64,000 nucleotides of DNA. Source: Octopus bimaculoides. Its lineage: Eukaryota. The notes below the pieces were generated by a model. It was given only the letters and a program-made list of their open reading frames with translations. It was not told where the DNA came from and did no database searches. Made by a program: the position numbers and the translations under genes. Positions 63,635 to 64,000 of this stretch are shown here, one piece after another. Numbering within the stretch: the stretch's first letter is position 1; every line of letters begins with the position of its first letter. Where the stretch lies: the NCBI RefSeq assembly GCF_001194135.2, contig NC_068989.1, positions 36,571,023-36,635,022 of the forward strand. The letters are read 5' to 3'.

Positions 63635-64000
63635 TTTAGCCAGAGGGGAAGCAGATAAGAAAAGATTTGCCAATGTTCTGCGCCGTGAGGACCAAAGACT
63701 CGAGGTATTTCGTGTTGCAAGACAGTGTAGGAGAGAAATGTGTTCGCATGGATGATGGTACGCTTGCACTAAATGAGGATGCAAAGAAAGAGGTCTGGAG
63801 ATGCCACTACGATAGATTGCTTAATAAAGAGAATGAATGGGAGGAAGAGAGCCTGCCGTATGTCGACCCAATAGAGGGACCAGCTATCCGAGTTGATAGT
63901 ACCAGGGTAGATAAAGCAATTAAGAGTATGAAGACCGGGAAAGCCCCCGGCCCATCAGGAATCACTGCAGAGATGCTCAAAATATCTGGCAGTGTTGGCT
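63635..64000 (+). mobile_element. Relatively young 5'-truncated RTE LINE running off the window, antisense in an Shc intron
   Basis: LARGEADKKRFANVLRRED..., one frameshift, then CVRMDDGTLALNEDAKKEVWRCHYDRLLNKENEW...DKAIKSMKTGKAPGPSGITAEMLK with no stops and CpGs retained. Confidence 0.9.

Overview
Repeat-rich eukaryotic DNA, very likely an octopus (coleoid cephalopod) genome scaffold. That assignment is an inference from the tRNA-derived SINE families, RTE and Penelope-like relics, microsatellite load and N-gaps. Two spliced host genes can be reconstructed with consistent GT-AG phases. (1) AURKAIP1/mS38 (mitochondrial ribosomal protein) on +, with coding exons 33320-33374 and 33548-34167 and a probable non-coding first exon ending at 25520. 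(2) The 3' part of an Shc-family adaptor on -, with seven coding exons from 62002 down to 44171 (339 aa: end of PTB, CH1, SH2); its 5' exons lie beyond the window. The genes are convergent. Everything else I could identify is transposon-derived or simple repeat: mariner, maT (DD37D), hAT/piggyBac/pogo-type MITEs, RTE, CR1-like and Penelope-like fragments, and many SINEs. Most ORFs in the supplied track are repeat artefacts. I cannot confirm a wholly new biological system from sequence alone. The best leads are: a chain of three long fold-back hairpins in the AURKAIP1 intron (28.4-29.4 kb); a 60-bp palindrome inside a SINE; a 37-bp dyad minisatellite split by insertions; an orphan CpG-retaining promoter-like region at ~13 kb; 119-bp direct repeats around an RTE fragment; a 118-bp self-complementary C/D-box-like element; and an Shc CH1 region that appears to have F-x-N where vertebrates have the Y317 Grb2 site.
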